Below, one piece after another: positions 12,808-27,206 of a DNA stretch of 64,000 bases. This stretch comes from Octopus bimaculoides (taxonomy: Eukaryota). The translations under genes were made by a program, and so were the position numbers. Where the stretch lies: positions 66,581,634 through 66,645,633 of the forward strand of contig NC_068983.1 in the NCBI RefSeq assembly GCF_001194135.2, written 5' to 3'. The notes under the pieces are model-generated. The model was not told the origin of the DNA, made no database searches, and saw only the letters and a list, made by a program, of their open reading frames with translations. Numbering within the stretch: position 1 is the stretch's first letter; each line of letters opens with the position of its first letter.

Positions 12808-14070
12808 CAGCGGTTGGACAAAATAATGGAAACACCTTAAAATTTCCAGCAAATTTATTTTAATATGGGGTAGGACAGCCTTTGGCAGTAATTACAACTT
12901 GAATTTTATGAGGCATGGACATGTACAAAGTTTGAATTGTTTCCAAAGTATTTTTTGTCCGTCTTTCAGCTAAAACAGTCTCCAGTTCTTGTAGTGATGA
13001 TGGTGGAGGATATCAACTCCTTACTTGTTTTTCTAGAATGCACCATAAATGTTCAATAATATTGAGATCTGAGGACTGTGGTGGCCAGATAAGACGTTCC
13101 TTGTGCCATTCAGTAACAACTTTAGCTGTGTGAATTGATGCATTATAATCCTGAAAGATTGCATTTCCTTCCAGAAACAGTTCCGCAATCATAGGATGAA
13201 TTNNNNNNNNNNNNNNNNNNNNNNNNNNNNNNNNNNNNNNNNNNNNNNNNNNNNNNNNNNNNNNNNNNNNNNNNNNNNNNNNNNNNNNNNNNNNNNNNNN
13301 NNNNNNNNNNNNNNNNNNNNNNNNNNNNNNNNNNNNNNNNNNNNNNNNNNNNNNNNNNNNNNNNNNNNNNNNNNNNNNNNNNNNNNNNNNNNNNNNNNNN
13401 NNNNNNNNNNNNNNNNNNNNNNNNNNNNNNNNNNNNNNNNNNNNNNNNNNNNNNNNNNNNNNNNNNNNNNNNNNNNNNNNNNNNNNNNNNNNNNNNNNNN
13501 NNNNNNNNNNNNNNNNNNNNNNNNNNNNNNNNNNNNNNNNNNNNNNNNNNNNNNNNNNNNNNNNNNNNNNNNNNNNNNNNNNNNNNNNNNNNNNNNNNNN
13601 NNNNNNNNNNNNNNNNNNNNNNNNNNNNNNNNNNNNNNNNNNNACTTTTGTGATCCTTTCTAACAATTTGCATAAGAGTCCGACAGTTCTTATCTGAAAG
13701 TTTTGGTTTTCTTCCGGAGTTTTGTTTTGATGAGGAGGTTTTCCTTCTTTCTGAAAGGCTCTCATTACTTTCGAGACAGTACTTTTTTATGCATCAAACA
13801 CTTTGGCTGTTTTCATTACGCTAGCACCTGCCATACGAGCACCAACAATTTGACCTCTGAAAGTCCAATAGATCTGTCATTTTAATGAATTTTTAATTAC
13901 CTTTTTCTGATGAATCTGAAAAGAAACAGCAACTTCAGCAAAACACATTAAGCAACACTAATAATAAATAAAAAAACATAAAAATAAACAAGCTTTTTGA
14001 TGATTTTATAGATATTTCATAATTATGATGCTATGATGCTCGGTTTTTCCATTATTTTATCCAACCCCTG
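12808..14070 (-). mobile_element. Tc1 (DD34E-type) transposon with TIRs and TA target duplication, interrupted by an assembly gap
   Basis: The TIRs are CAGCGGTTGGACAAAATAATGGAAACACC and, as reverse complement of the right end, CAGGGGTTGGATAAAATAATGGAAAAACC. Both are flanked by TA. The transposase C-terminus reads IFQDYNASIHTAK...WPPQSSDLNIIEHLW. Confidence 0.95.
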
Positions 14071-14283
14071 TATTTATATATATGTGTTTGTATCTCCTTG
14101 TCTTGACATCACTTGATAGTTATAATTAATTGTCACTGTAATTCGTTTCTCTGAGAATATGTTTGGCCATTAGGAAATATGACCTTGCTTGGAAACAACT
14201 GAGAGCTTGTGATGGGAATGGTATATGAACATAGAAAATTTTCCTTAATAAACCTATTCAGGCATGGTAAAGCAAATGTTGAT

Positions 14284-14320
<37 letters not shown>

Positions 14321-14479
14321 CACACACATACACAAGTAGTCTCTTTGGGTTAAGTTTACCTATTCATGGATATTAATTTTGTAAGTCTATTGTGTATTCT
14401 ATATGGCAGACTAGTATTTTATGAAAAATGCTGCTAGTGACAACTGTTCAATAACAAATGTTTAACTCAAGGGTATTAT

Positions 14480-15000
14480 CACCAGTAATATTAACAAACA
14501 ATGTGCATTATAAGCTGAAAGAAGACTTCTTGACTAGTATTCTATATATCTTATGAAGCTAACAAGAAGAGCTGAATTTCTTGTCTTTGGAAACAGTTCT
14601 CTCCAAAGGAAGGACTGCTCAGTTGCTGACCTTTACAAAGCACATATGCAACCTATATCAGATCATTGCTCCTACATTTTGTAGATTGTAGTTACTTTGC
14701 AGTTATATTTTAGATGCATCCTTGTAGAAAGTCACTTGGTTGCTTGGCAAAAATTATTTCACAAATGCATTACATCCACTAGTTTAATGATATGCCAGTT
14801 CCTTTTTATCTCATTTTCTAAAATGGTTTCTACTCTTTTCATATAACCATTTGAATAACAATCCTATACCGCTCACCCAGTGCACTTGCTTTTACTTTCA
14901 TCATCTTGACTGTGCCTCATGAAAACCCCACACTTAACAATTTAGCATCAAACCTTTCTACTCAGAGCTCACACTCCTTTTCAGCTTGCATTTTACTACT
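14480..15000 (+). mobile_element. Old L2/CR1-group LINE relic, RT C-terminus
   Basis: Manual translation gives LYKAHMQPISDHCSYIL at about 14630-14685, matching the LYKAQIRP.LEYCSHIW motif. Confidence 0.55.
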
Positions 15001-16041
15001 TACAAATATTTGCATAAATTCAACCTGAATATCAATGAAATTGGCAAATTGGCCTCACGGTTCTGCAAGATTTGGGATTAAAAAGAACATGAGTTTTATT
15101 TTCTACTTCAGATGAAATAAAAATACACCTTCCACTAAATACTGCATTGCAGGGCAATATCTGTGAAAGCTGTAGATCACATCTGAGTAGCTTTGTCATT
15201 ACATTTCTGGAACCATAAGTTTCTGACACAATCATCCACCATTTGTCATTTGTGCATTCCTCACCTTCAGTTATTCTTACTTCTATTCTACTTCAAATCA
15301 TTGTTCTTATATTTTTATTATTTTCATTTCTTTCTTTATTTGCAAACTTTTTATTTCAATACCTATTCACTGTTTGTTGAAAAAGACATGCCTGTTGAAT
15401 ACTTGTGCATTGTTTGCAATGTGAGTAACTATCATCATAATGGGAATTTCAAAATTTATTTAGTTTTGTATTGATAGAGATATCTTTGTGCAACATAGCT
15501 AAAAATCCATCATAGATAAAAGACATGGGAATAAGTAGCTAGCAATGTTCTAATCTTGCCTCAAACTTTTGTAATCTTCATTTTCTGTTGCTATATTACT
15601 TTTTGATAATTTGTTGTTTTCTTATTACAGTAAAAATTATTGCTACATTTTATTTCTCCCTAAAATGTTTGCAGTTGTTTATTGCAAAAGAATCTTTCTT
15701 TTTAGTATTAATATTTTCAAAATTTAATCTGTGATAGAGAGACTTTTCAAATGTTTTCACTCAGTATTATATCATTATGAATTTTTTCATCTGGAATGAA
15801 ATATGATTTCATATTCTGATTGATTTTAATATATTAAAGAAAAGCAACCAGAAAATAATTTTTATAATGAGGCTATAATAAAACAGAATTTTAAAAAATT
15901 GACATTATTCCTCCTGTGTACACATCTTAAATTTAATGTATTTTGAATTTCTTTTGTACTTTTGTTTCTTTAATGATAATTGTCAAGAATGTTTAGTTAT
16001 AAATACACATATATGTATGAATGTATATTAATGGTGTTGCT

Positions 16042-16060
16042 GTTATTGTTATTATTATTA

Positions 16061-16149
<89 letters not shown>
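16042..16149. repeat. (TTA)n microsatellite
   Basis: Directly visible; it produces the poly-Leu ORF. Confidence 0.97.
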
Positions 16150-16150
<1 letters not shown>

Positions 16151-17349
16151 TATTCTGATACTCTTTATTCAAAGGTTTGCATTTGTAAGGAATATAAATG
16201 GCATTGTATTTAATAAATGTATTTGGTTATCTTAGAGATAGATTGCATGCAATGAAGTATGGCTACAAATACCTGCTATTATATTTGTTCATCTGTATGA
16301 TGATATTGGTGTGTAATTGTATTGATCCATTTGTATTTGTGTAAAATCACATATCCATGCTTAGATGTATGAATGTTTAGATGTACATGGTTATATGCTT
16401 TGTATCTTTATTATAAGTTTCTTCAAAATAGATTTAAAATTCATTTCAATGTTCATGAGTTGGAGAAGCCTACACAGATATATATTCATAATGTAGCATA
16501 AGAGAAATGCCTCATAAGTTTTCAATGGATTATTTCACCTTATAATGTCATTTTACAGAACTTTACATCTTCATTTGAGCAACATATATTAGTGAAACTG
16601 AGAAACTTTTGTTTATTGAATTGTGAGTTTCAGCTTCATGTTTCTGTCTGTGCTTTGAATCCTTGTACTTAATTTTTAGTAATTATTGTAGATAAAGAGT
16701 TCTTTCTACAAAGTATCTTACAGTCACTATAGTCTCAGAAGGTACTTCTGTCAGCTCTCTCTTATCTCTCAGCTTGCATTTTGTCACTCTTGCTTTGTAA
16801 ATATGAGTGATGGGCTTCAGTTCACCAGAACTCACAGTTCTGCAGATGATGCTATGATTTCACTCAATGTAAATAAATATATGTTAAAGCATTACATGGG
16901 AACAGAATAATAATATGAAGTTCAGTGTTACAAGTTTCCATACTCCATTCTATGAAAAATGATTTTTCAATGAAATGTTTTTTATATAATCTCAAATAGA
17001 GAAGCATCCAAAATTCAGAATCACATTTGCATCCTTCCATACAGATAATAATTACCTTGTACCTACATGCTATAAGACATTGGGTTGTGTCGTGAGAAAT
17101 CAGTAATGCTGACATTGGTTCTGAGCTGAATAGATTATTGATTGTGACTTTTGACTCACAATACTTATGTACAAATGTTTTTGAAAAAAAAGAATATAAA
17201 AATATTTCAGCAAGAAATCTAAAATACTGTAAATGCCTGAAGTTGTTTATCTACTTCATTTGAAAACCTAGAGAAATATACAATTTTTAAAAACATTTAG
17301 ATCAAACTCCAGGTAAAATACTGAATTTTAGAGAACATACGGTACAGCT

Positions 17350-20047
17350 TACTGAGTGCCACAGACCAGATCTGCAGCTGGAGCAAAGTCCCTTCCAGAT
17401 CTAGAATAACGTGTAGGTGGAATAATATGCTAGACAAGGCCATTCAAGCAAAGGAACAGGCCTAGAAAGCCTGGAAGAGTGGGAGTAGCAGGGAACTGTA
17501 CCAGATAGCCAGAAGGGAGGCTGGGTGACAGATATATATAGCCAAGGGAGAAACAGAAAAGAAGTTTGCCGATGTTCAGTGACGTGAGGACCAACGAACT
17601 GAAGTATTTCGAGTTGCAAGACAGAATGTGAGAGAAAATTGTGATGTCACAGGAGAGAAATGTGTCTACATGGATGATGGTGCACTTGCCTTTAATGATT
17701 CTGAAAAGAAAGAGGCTTGGAGAAGCCATTATGAAAGGCTGCTGAATGTGGAGAATGAATGGAAGGAGGAGAGCCTACCAAATATTCACCCAGTAGAGGG
17801 ACCAGCTACCCAAATAGATAGCACCCTGGTAGATAAAGCAATTAAGGATATGAAGTCAGGAAAAGCCCTCAGCCCATCAGGAATCACTGCTGTGATGCTT
17901 AAAATATCAGGTGGTGTGTGTCATGGCCTGGTCATCGATATTGTAAACCAGGTAATTCATGAAGGAGTCACACCCAATGACTGGCGTAGCAGCACCATAG
18001 TCAACTGCTACAAAGGTAAAGGTGATGCTTTAGATAGAAATAACTGCAGGGGTATCAAACTGCTGGATCAGGTGATGATGGTTATGGAGAGGGTCATAAC
18101 CCAACTAATTAGAGAGAGAGTCTGCTTAGATGAGATGCAGTTTGGTTTTGTGTCATGTAGAAGCACCACTGATGCTATATTCCTATTGTGGCAACTGTAT
18201 GAGAAACACCTAGACAAAGATAAAGCCCTATATTTGGCTTTTGCTGACTTGGAGAAAGCCTTTGACAGGGTCCTCCGATCCCTTATCTGATGGGTGATGG
18301 GGAGACTGGGGATTGATGAGTGGTTAATAAGAGCTGTACAGGCCTTGTACAGGGATGCCGTTAGTAAGATAAAGGTCAGCAATGAGTATAGCAAAGAATT
18401 ACGGGTAGAAGTAGGGATTCACCAAGGACCAGCCCCTAGCCCACTTTTATTCATGATAGTCCTTCAGGCAATAACAGGAATTCAAGGCAGGTTGCCCTGG
18501 GAGCTCCTCTATGCTGATGACCTTGCTCGCATAGCAGGATTACTACCACAACTAGAGAAGAAATTTCAGGTGTGGAAGCAAGGTTTAGAATCGAAGGGCC
18601 TTAGAATCAGTGTTGCAAAAGCCAAAATCCTAGTAAGTAGGAAGGCAAATACATTACAAGCCCCTTCAGGTAGATGGCCCTGCTTGATCTGTAGAAAAGG
18701 CGTAGGTAGAAACTCCACAAGATGTACCCAGTGTAAGCTATGGATACATAAGAGGTGCAGCAATATCAAAGGAAGGTTAATTGGGAAGAGAGCTTTTGTA
18801 TACGGCAGATGCACAAGGGCAATAAATACAGCAGATGCTCAGAAAACTGATTCCATCACATGCCAGGAGGAGAAACTAGAGGTAGTTGATAGCTTCCACT
18901 ACCTATGTGACCAAGTCTGTAGTGGGAGTAGATGCTCAGAGCATGTTGCCACTAGAATAAGAATNNNNNNNNNNNNNNNNNNNNNNNNNNNNNNNNNNNN
19001 NNNNNNNNNNNNNNNNNNNNNNNNNNNNNNNNNNNNNNNNNNNNNNNNNNNNNNNNNNNNNNNNNNNNNNNNNNNNNNNNNNNNNNNNNNNNNNNNNNNN
19101 NNNNNNNNNNNNNNNNNNNNNNNNNNNNNNNNNNNNNNNNNNNNNNNNNNNNNNNNNNNNNNNNNNNNNNNNNNNNNNNNNNNNNNNNNNNNNNNNNNNN
19201 NNNNNNNNNNNNNNNNNNNNNNNNNNNNNNNNNNNNNNNNGTGCACACACGACAGTGTGTAAGTACCCTGATAGAAATGTTGGACATAAGAAGTATCAGA
19301 TGTTGTGTACAAGAGAGATTACTGAGCTGGTATGGTCATGTGCTACATCCAGATGAGGAGAGATATGTGAAGAAGTGTCACTCCTTAACACTGGAAAGAA
19401 CCCGTGGAAAAGGGAGACCCAGGAAGAGATGAGATGAGGTGGTGAAGCATGACCTTCGAACATTGGGCCTCACAGAGGCAATGATGAAAGACCAAGACCT
19501 CTGGAGATATGCTGTGATTGAGAAGACCCGGCAAGGAAAGTGAGATCACAGCCATAGCCTACACCAGTGTTGCATAACCAGCCCATTTAAAAAGTACCTT
19601 TGAATCATCAGGCGATATGCTGTGCTTGAGGAGACCTATTGAGTCAAGAAAATCAAATCACAATCAAATGGAAATTGTAGTTGTGGCCATTACCAGTGTG
19701 GTGGCATGAAATAAGCACCATTCATGCGTGGGTCATTGCCAGAGCTGCCTGACTGCTACCCCGTGCCAGTGGCACATAAAAAAGCACCAGCCGAATGTGG
19801 TCGATGCCAGCCAGCACCACCCTGACTGGCTCCGATGCCAGTGCCACCTGCATGGCTCCCATGCTGGTGGCATGTAAAAAGCACCCACTACACTCTCGGA
19901 GCGGTTGGCATTAGGAAGGGCACCCAGCTGTAGAAATATTGCCAGATCAGATTGGAGCCTGGTGCTTGCCAGTCCCGAATCAAACCGTCCAATCCATGCC
20001 AGCATGAAAAATGGATGTTAAATGATAATGATAATGATGTTGATGAT
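17350..20047 (+). mobile_element. RTE-clade LINE, 5'-truncated, less decayed than the copy at 7868
   Basis: ORFs 17628-18290 and 18294-19262 read NCRGIKLLDQVM, QFGFVSCRSTTDAIF, AFADLEKAFDRV and PWELLYADDLA. The 3' UTR and tail follow; there is an N gap at 18965-19240. Confidence 0.97.
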
Positions 20048-20359
20048 ACATAAATCAGAGAATTGCCAGCCATCTAATGTTTCATCAACTATCAATCCAG
20101 AAAAGACCTTATATAGGCATCCCTGAATCATAATATTTTGCTGTTACATGAAATTCTATAATGTGAAACATATTTTCTCATTGATTTCCATTTATAAATT
20201 AAGATGCACTCTAACAGAATTTTTTCATAAAATAAATGCAACCAAACATATAGTGTAACTACATTTTGCATTAAAAAAATCAATTTTTTAAATGCACATA
20301 TTACATTATGTATACTTAGAAACATTTAAAGATAAATAAATTAGGTAATGAATAAAGTA

Positions 20360-21556
20360 CAGTAATATCATTAGTGCAGAACATACCTCAAATAATGAAA
20401 TGATATTGACTGCTGTATGATAGATGATGATGCAATGGGAGTCACTGGAGGAAGAGAAGCACTATCATCTGCTCTATAGATCATCAGTATCTACTTCAAG
20501 AGTGAAGAACTTATCTGAAATTGTTTGATGTTTACAGTGTACCATCTCTTTCTACAGATCTATGGGCATAGACAAATTCATCATGCACTCTTTGAATAAT
20601 TTTTGTTCTACTCATGATTAAGATTGTTATCAGCAAAGACTTGTATATCTTCCTTTTATAAGTGTTAATCATTTAGGTATATTCTTTGCAGTCAATTGAA
20701 GAGGCGTGGGCAAATCTTTCATATTTCCTTCTTGCTCTGCAACTCACTCTTGTTCTAATGTTTCAGCTCCTCATTAGGCAGGCTGTTTCTATGGAAACCA
20801 AGCAATTCATCTACATCAACTACTATGACTTCTTTAAACTTTATAGCTCTTATCAGTGCCACAATTTCATGGCTAACTTGCTGGGGAAATTCTGTAATAT
20901 CACAGATACAGTTTGGCCAATGTTTAGAGCAAAGAAGTATTTTTGGCAATATGTTCCATTCTTGGAAAGTTCATTTAAGTTCACTGGATGATTTGATGCA
21001 TTATCTAAAAGGCACAATGCTTCTTTAGAAACATTGCACCTGGCATTTTGCAGCCTGACAAAAGAAGTCTAAATAATTTTTGGAAAAGGCTCATAATGAT
21101 CCAAACCTTGTTATTTGAATGCCAAATCACAAGTGGATCAAACATAGCACAGCCTTTAAAAGCCCCTTGAATTTTGGGAATGAAACGCATAAGTAGGAGC
21201 TACAATTTTATTTTAGCAGCAACCTTTTCTTCCACAAGAAACCTCAGGCAATTTTCATTAAATTCATAAAGGTCAAACCTTTCAAATGAGACTTCAAATA
21301 AGGAGAGGTTTTGCATTTGAAGTTGCAACTTCTATTTACGCAGATTGTCGTACAAAGCTTTTAGCTTTTGCTTGAAAGATTATCATATTTATCAGCATAT
21401 TATGTCCAAAATTGTTCATCAATTCACATATTCAAAAGTCACTCCATTTCAGGTATCACTTCAGATCTATGAAAAATAATGTCTGAGCATTTAATGTAAT
21501 ACTTGCTTGAGTACATAACCTAATTTTATTTTTATTGACAAGTATTGTTCCTACTG
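20360..21556 (-). mobile_element. Degenerate Tigger/pogo-type transposase relic
   Basis: The minus strand reads RSEVIPEME*LLNM*IDEQ, IIFQAKAKS, AFKG..PLVIWHSNNKVWIIMSLF and FKEVIVVDVDELLGFHRNSLPNEEL. Possible ends are TA-CAGTA and TACTG-TA, which is weak evidence. Confidence 0.75.
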
Positions 21557-24537
21557 TAGATGTTACACACTTTAATTGTTTTGTAATATTGCTGAGATTT
21601 TCTTTCGCATAAAATCTTTATAGAATATCAAGTTTAACTTCCAATGTAACCCCTTTGTAATTTGTTTAAGTACTACATTCCTAATTTTCATGTCTTTATC
21701 ATTTCCCATTCCATACTTAGAAGACTACTGATCTTTAGCTGGCATTTTTTTTACTCTTCCAATACACTTGTTTTTCATTTCTATACTATCACATTCTGAT
21801 TTCAGAATCATATTATGTATACATCGTATTGAGAAAGATTTCTATTGCTTCCTTAAAGCTCTTTTTTGTGTAGTCTTTTCAAAAACTTTATTCTGTTAGC
21901 AAATACTCTTTACTATCAGTAATTAGATTGTTTGTAATAGAAAAATATTTTGTTTTAATTCTCTAAAATTGAACTTGCATTAATGAAAAATGAATGGTCA
22001 TTTGTCTGAAAGACTTACTATAACTCAACAAAAAATATTCTATCTTATATAGGTCACTATACTTTAATAACTGTTATGATCGATGTGATAATGTTGAGTG
22101 TTCTCAAATGACCAATGTTAGCCATAAAGACTAAGTCAAAATTACTAAAAGTGTCTCTCGCAGAATTGTAGATTTGAATGAAGAAACCAATTCTGTCATA
22201 TTAAGGATAGTAAATGCTCTAGTTCCTATACATTGCTGTTTACTGTACTGGGTGTGAAAATCTAGGCATATCAAGAATAATAATATTTGATTATGTTCTA
22301 AGAAGCTTCAGTAAATATTTCCTGTTTTAACTTGTTGCTTCTATAACTTTCTGCCAGATTTGATAGATAGATAACCTTTCATTTTGGAATAAGCACAAAA
22401 ATTACACATTTATAGTAACTAAAATTTAAGAAGTGAAAGTGTGTTGTTGTATCGAAAAACTATTGCAATAATTTTAAGGACACTTAGAACCTTAAGCAGG
22501 TTAATTGACTAATAACAAAATATACAACCTTAAGCAGAATATAAAATTACCACTCATGGTACTGAATTCTGATTGTCCATTTAATCAGTATGATCCTCAA
22601 AAATAACAATATTAAATTACCAAACGGTCGTTGTAAAGAAAAAAAGTTGATGTGTATAATTAGAATGTCATATTTTTATCCTATGGGGAGATAAACAGCC
22701 AAGCAAATCTTAACTCTAGTGAGGTCACAGACCATAAGCCATAAAGCATTTTGTCTGCCTTGCTATAATCATAACCATCCCCATTATCAGAGTATGTTGA
22801 TTTGGGGTAGAGGTCTTCAAATGGGAAATGTAAAATAACTTTTTTCTAACAAAGAACTATGATTGGCACCCAACTGGATAATGACTGTTTCTAAACCAGC
22901 ATGCTTGCATTTGCCATCTGTGAGCAACACATGCCATACTGAATCAAAAGTAGATGGTTTTGGATTTCACTTGTTGTCATGCTGCCTCAGCACCAGCCAT
23001 TACCTTAAGTATATCATCTTTAATGATATTGTCAGATAGGGGTTAAACAAAGCCTGTAATCTATCAAAATTTAATCTGGCAGGATTGGACTGAAAGGGCA
23101 ACAAAAGCCCAGACAGTATTATAATCTTACCATTCTAAGGTGGTAAGTTTCTAATCAGGAATATGATCTGCAGTAATATTTCTTCAGCAGCAAACTGGTA
23201 AACTTGACACCAAACCCAGGCTTTGCTAACTAACAGGTGGAGGATAACATGTCAACAAAATATCTGCTGTTCTCTGAAAGATTTCTGTTTGAACAAATAG
23301 CAGTAAAACTGTCTAGTTTTCTAGTTTCTATGGTCCCTAGACTATTTTTCTACTCAACTTGATTGGGATAGGGAATGCTGTAAATTTGAATGAGCTTTGT
23401 TGGATGGAATGGATCTTTCAGCATATTTCTTTCTTGCTAATCTTTGATATAATGCATCCACTATTTTATCAGTTGGGACTATAAAAAATTACATGACTGG
23501 CTGCAGTATATCTGTCAATCAAAGCTGCTTCAACAGACAAGAACACAAGTAACTAACTGAATGTTATGGATGGGGGACACAAGAGCTGTATCACAATGTG
23601 TCAGTTTATCTTCCTCAAAGAAGAAAAAGGGTATAGTTAGTTTTCTGAAAATGCATAAGGACATCATACAGAAGTAACTCAGTAGCATTTAAGAATTAAA
23701 TATGCAGTCGGGTTAATTGAAATAAGAATTATTTTAATCTCCAGCCCCTGTTATTGTGTTAAAATTTCACCTGCATTCACCTTGCTTTTAATGAAAAAAA
23801 TTCATCAGATACAATTATACCTTGATTATAAACTCTCGTTCAAAGTAATCACAATTCCAAAGTACTTGTCTCAAATTATTGTCAAATTAAGAACACTTAA
23901 AAAAATATAAACCAGTACTAGTATGACTAAGAATAACATCTATGTACATGTTCACAGATATAGATATATGAGTGGAAATACAATATAAGACCTTGATATT
24001 TTTGCAACAATACCCAAGTATGCTACATGAACTAAAATATACAAATATGCACATACATTTTGCATGGGAACTTGAGATCAAAAATATGATTAGTGGTATC
24101 GTGAAATGATTGTGTTGAGACGAAAATGGTTGATAATTATATCAATGATGATGTTCATTGATTAATGAAATGTTATCTAGAAATATGTTAACAGGTTTTG
24201 CAAGTACCTCTTGTCTATATTTAATTTAAAATAATTTTCCTCCAGTTCAACTTCCTTCGAATGTTGAAATTAAGATAATTACTTAAACTAATTAAATTCT
24301 CCACTGAAGATACAGAAAATTTAAAACTTCAAACAACCTTTAAAACTAATATTGATATTAGATTAAAACTGTTGAGCCGTTATATATGCCAATTACAAAT
24401 ACTGAGCAAACTAATGCTCTTTATAAGAATTTTTTATTTTTTTGTTAATGCTTCTGCAAGTTAGAAGTATGAATATTGTAGTTTGTCAGGTTGTATTAAG
24501 TCTCTAGAGTACGATGTTGAAATATTATACAAAACTG

Positions 24538-24935
24538 AGTGCAGATATGGCATGGTTATACCGTTAAGAAGTTGCTTAGCTATCAGATAGTTCTGAGATG
24601 GATCCCACAGCATAGTATTTTGACTGAGTCTTCTTCTTATACTTCAGTATGACTAGTGCTTTGGGAAAGGAATTTAGTAGGTAGAAACTCTGTGTGTGTT
24701 TTGCTTTTATAGCTTTTATCCTTCACTTGTTTCAATCATTAGACTGCGGCCATGCTGGGGCACCATCTTGAAGAATTTTTAGTCAAATGAATTGACCCCA
24801 GTATTTATTTTTATAAGTTTGGTACTTATTCTGTTGGGTCTTTTTTGCTTTTTCTGAACTGCCAAGTTATGGGGATGTAAGCACACCAGCACCAGTTGTT
24901 AAGCAGTGGGTGGGGGTTCAAACACAGACACAAAG
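24538..24935 (+). mobile_element. Diverged tRNA-derived SINE or composite SINE
   Basis: It has a decayed tRNA-like head followed by ttgtttcaatcattagactgcggccatgctggggcaccatcttgaag and a body I recall as a common octopus SINE. Confidence 0.6.
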
Positions 24936-26408
24936 ACACGTGCACATTATATGTAGTTAGGAAGCAAACTTCTTACACACAGCCATGCCTATATGTTGAT
25001 GGAATAAAATACTGTGTATGTTATTTCGTCTGCCTAAGTTGCACATATACTCCCTTGTTATTCTCACCATCAGAAATTTGTAACCAAATGTGATTTCAAA
25101 TGTATAGTATGCAACTTTTCATGTAAATACTTTCCTTGCTCCTGTTATCATTTGTGTCTCTTTCTATTTCTATCAATTATCCTCACAAAATTTTATACTT
25201 CTGGTCTACCTCATCCTGATAAAAAAATTGGTGTTTATGATTCTGATCTCTCTCTCTCTTTCTCTGACTACTACTTGGTGACTGTATCATGTTAACCTAA
25301 CATTTTATCACCCATTATGTGTGTGTGTATACACGTAGACAAGTATGTATGTAGGTATGTATATATTGTTGAAACATATGTTTGATATAATTAAATAATG
25401 TATCATGCAACAAATTCATCATATGAATAACCCCTTTTCAGGTAAATGAACTGAACGACTAGCTTGAAGTTGAGTAAGATGTATGCTTGTTGTAGATGCC
25501 TGTGTATGAGGAGTTTAATATCTGGTTAACTATTACTTTTCAGCTAGCAATGTGACTTAGAATCTCAACTAGAATTAAAACTATAACAAAAGTAAAGAAA
25601 GCAACTGAGAATTCTGATATTAGGTTAAATACTCTATCAGCTTCTTATTGCTATATAACAAGTGAAACATTTGTTAAGTATATAGTACTCATACTCTTTG
25701 CCTATGCTGCATATTTATAGTAACAAAAGTTAATATAATAATTTCACACCCATTAACATTTGTGATAGCTTTATTTATATCTATTGATTTTCAGTGTGAC
25801 AAAATATTGCTTATATCAAGAAATATTTGTCTTGTAATCAATTAGTCATTTACTTTAGCATTTGTCAATAATATTGATACATCAATCATAACATTATTAA
25901 TATCCATCCCTATAATCAGATTACTAAAGTGAGTGATTAACTCTTCTCCTATTACCTAAAGCTTCCAAATTATTATTATAATGCTTTAGGGTTCGGTGGA
26001 GTTTTTTTATATATCATTTTTCTCTCATCTAAATCAGCATTCATGCATCTACATTATTTGTTAACTGTTAAGACATTATGTAATGAAATTTGCTAAACAG
26101 TCCACATAAAACCAACCCTTATTTAATCAACTCCGAAGGATGAAAGGCAAAGTCAACCTTGACAGAATTTGAAATCAGAAAGGAACGCCAGATGAAATAC
26201 AGCTAAGCATTTCGCCCAGCATGTGTATCTGTGCGTGTGTTTAAATTAAATACAATTTATGATAAAAATATTCAGTTTTATTTTGATTAAAATATCAGCG
26301 TCTTTAGAGCAAAACTTTTGAATGTTATTCACCTGCTTTATGCCTCTACTGTCACTCACTCCCACTCCATAAAATGCAATGTTGGTCACACATTGCATTT
26401 TATTATAT

Positions 26409-26447
<39 letters not shown>

Positions 26448-27206
26448 CTATACATTATGTATGTATATTCACACATGCATAACTTTTTATACATCTGTTG
26501 AGAGGGAGAGAGTGAATGAGGATGAAACAACTGCAGATAAGTAATATTATTTATTTAATCTAGTCTGTGAACTGATTTAACCTTGCTATTGAAATTATCA
26601 ATATTTTAAATGTTCCAGAGAAACGTCTAGGTTTTTTTTACTAAATCTTCACTTACAAAAGAATCAGTGTTTTAAATTAATGCATCTAAATAATGAAAAT
26701 TGAACACTATAATCAATAGGTAATAGAATTCTGCAAATGATACTTTTTGAAGTTTGAAGCTAATAAATGTTTTCAAGCATAAACATCTAAATTTCAAATA
26801 TTGAGAACACTTATAAAATATTACAGAATAAATTAAGTCAAAGCTATTATTAATATTTTGACTCTATGATTACATTATACATCTAAAGCTAATGTGTTCA
26901 AATCCTGCTATAGATTTTGTATCATTCCATTAAACAAGTAACTTATCTGAATAAATAAATATTGCAAACTTGAGATATAATCATCAGGAAAGGAATCAGC
27001 TATATTTTGTAGTCACATTTAAATGAAATTTGCTATACTACATATTAAATATAAACTTTTAAAAACAAATATTTGTCCTTAAATTAGTGCATTATGCATA
27101 GTACATTAGAAAGTCTCATGAAAACAGAGCCCAATCAGAAAATGTGTTACTTTGGCAATATTTTACTTAATTAGCTTTTAGGCAAATATTAGGATTTTAT
27201 TTTCAG

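Noticed and set aside
22700-23600. Possible very old LINE RT relic on the minus strand
   Set aside because: The resemblance is vague and I could not read an unambiguous motif.
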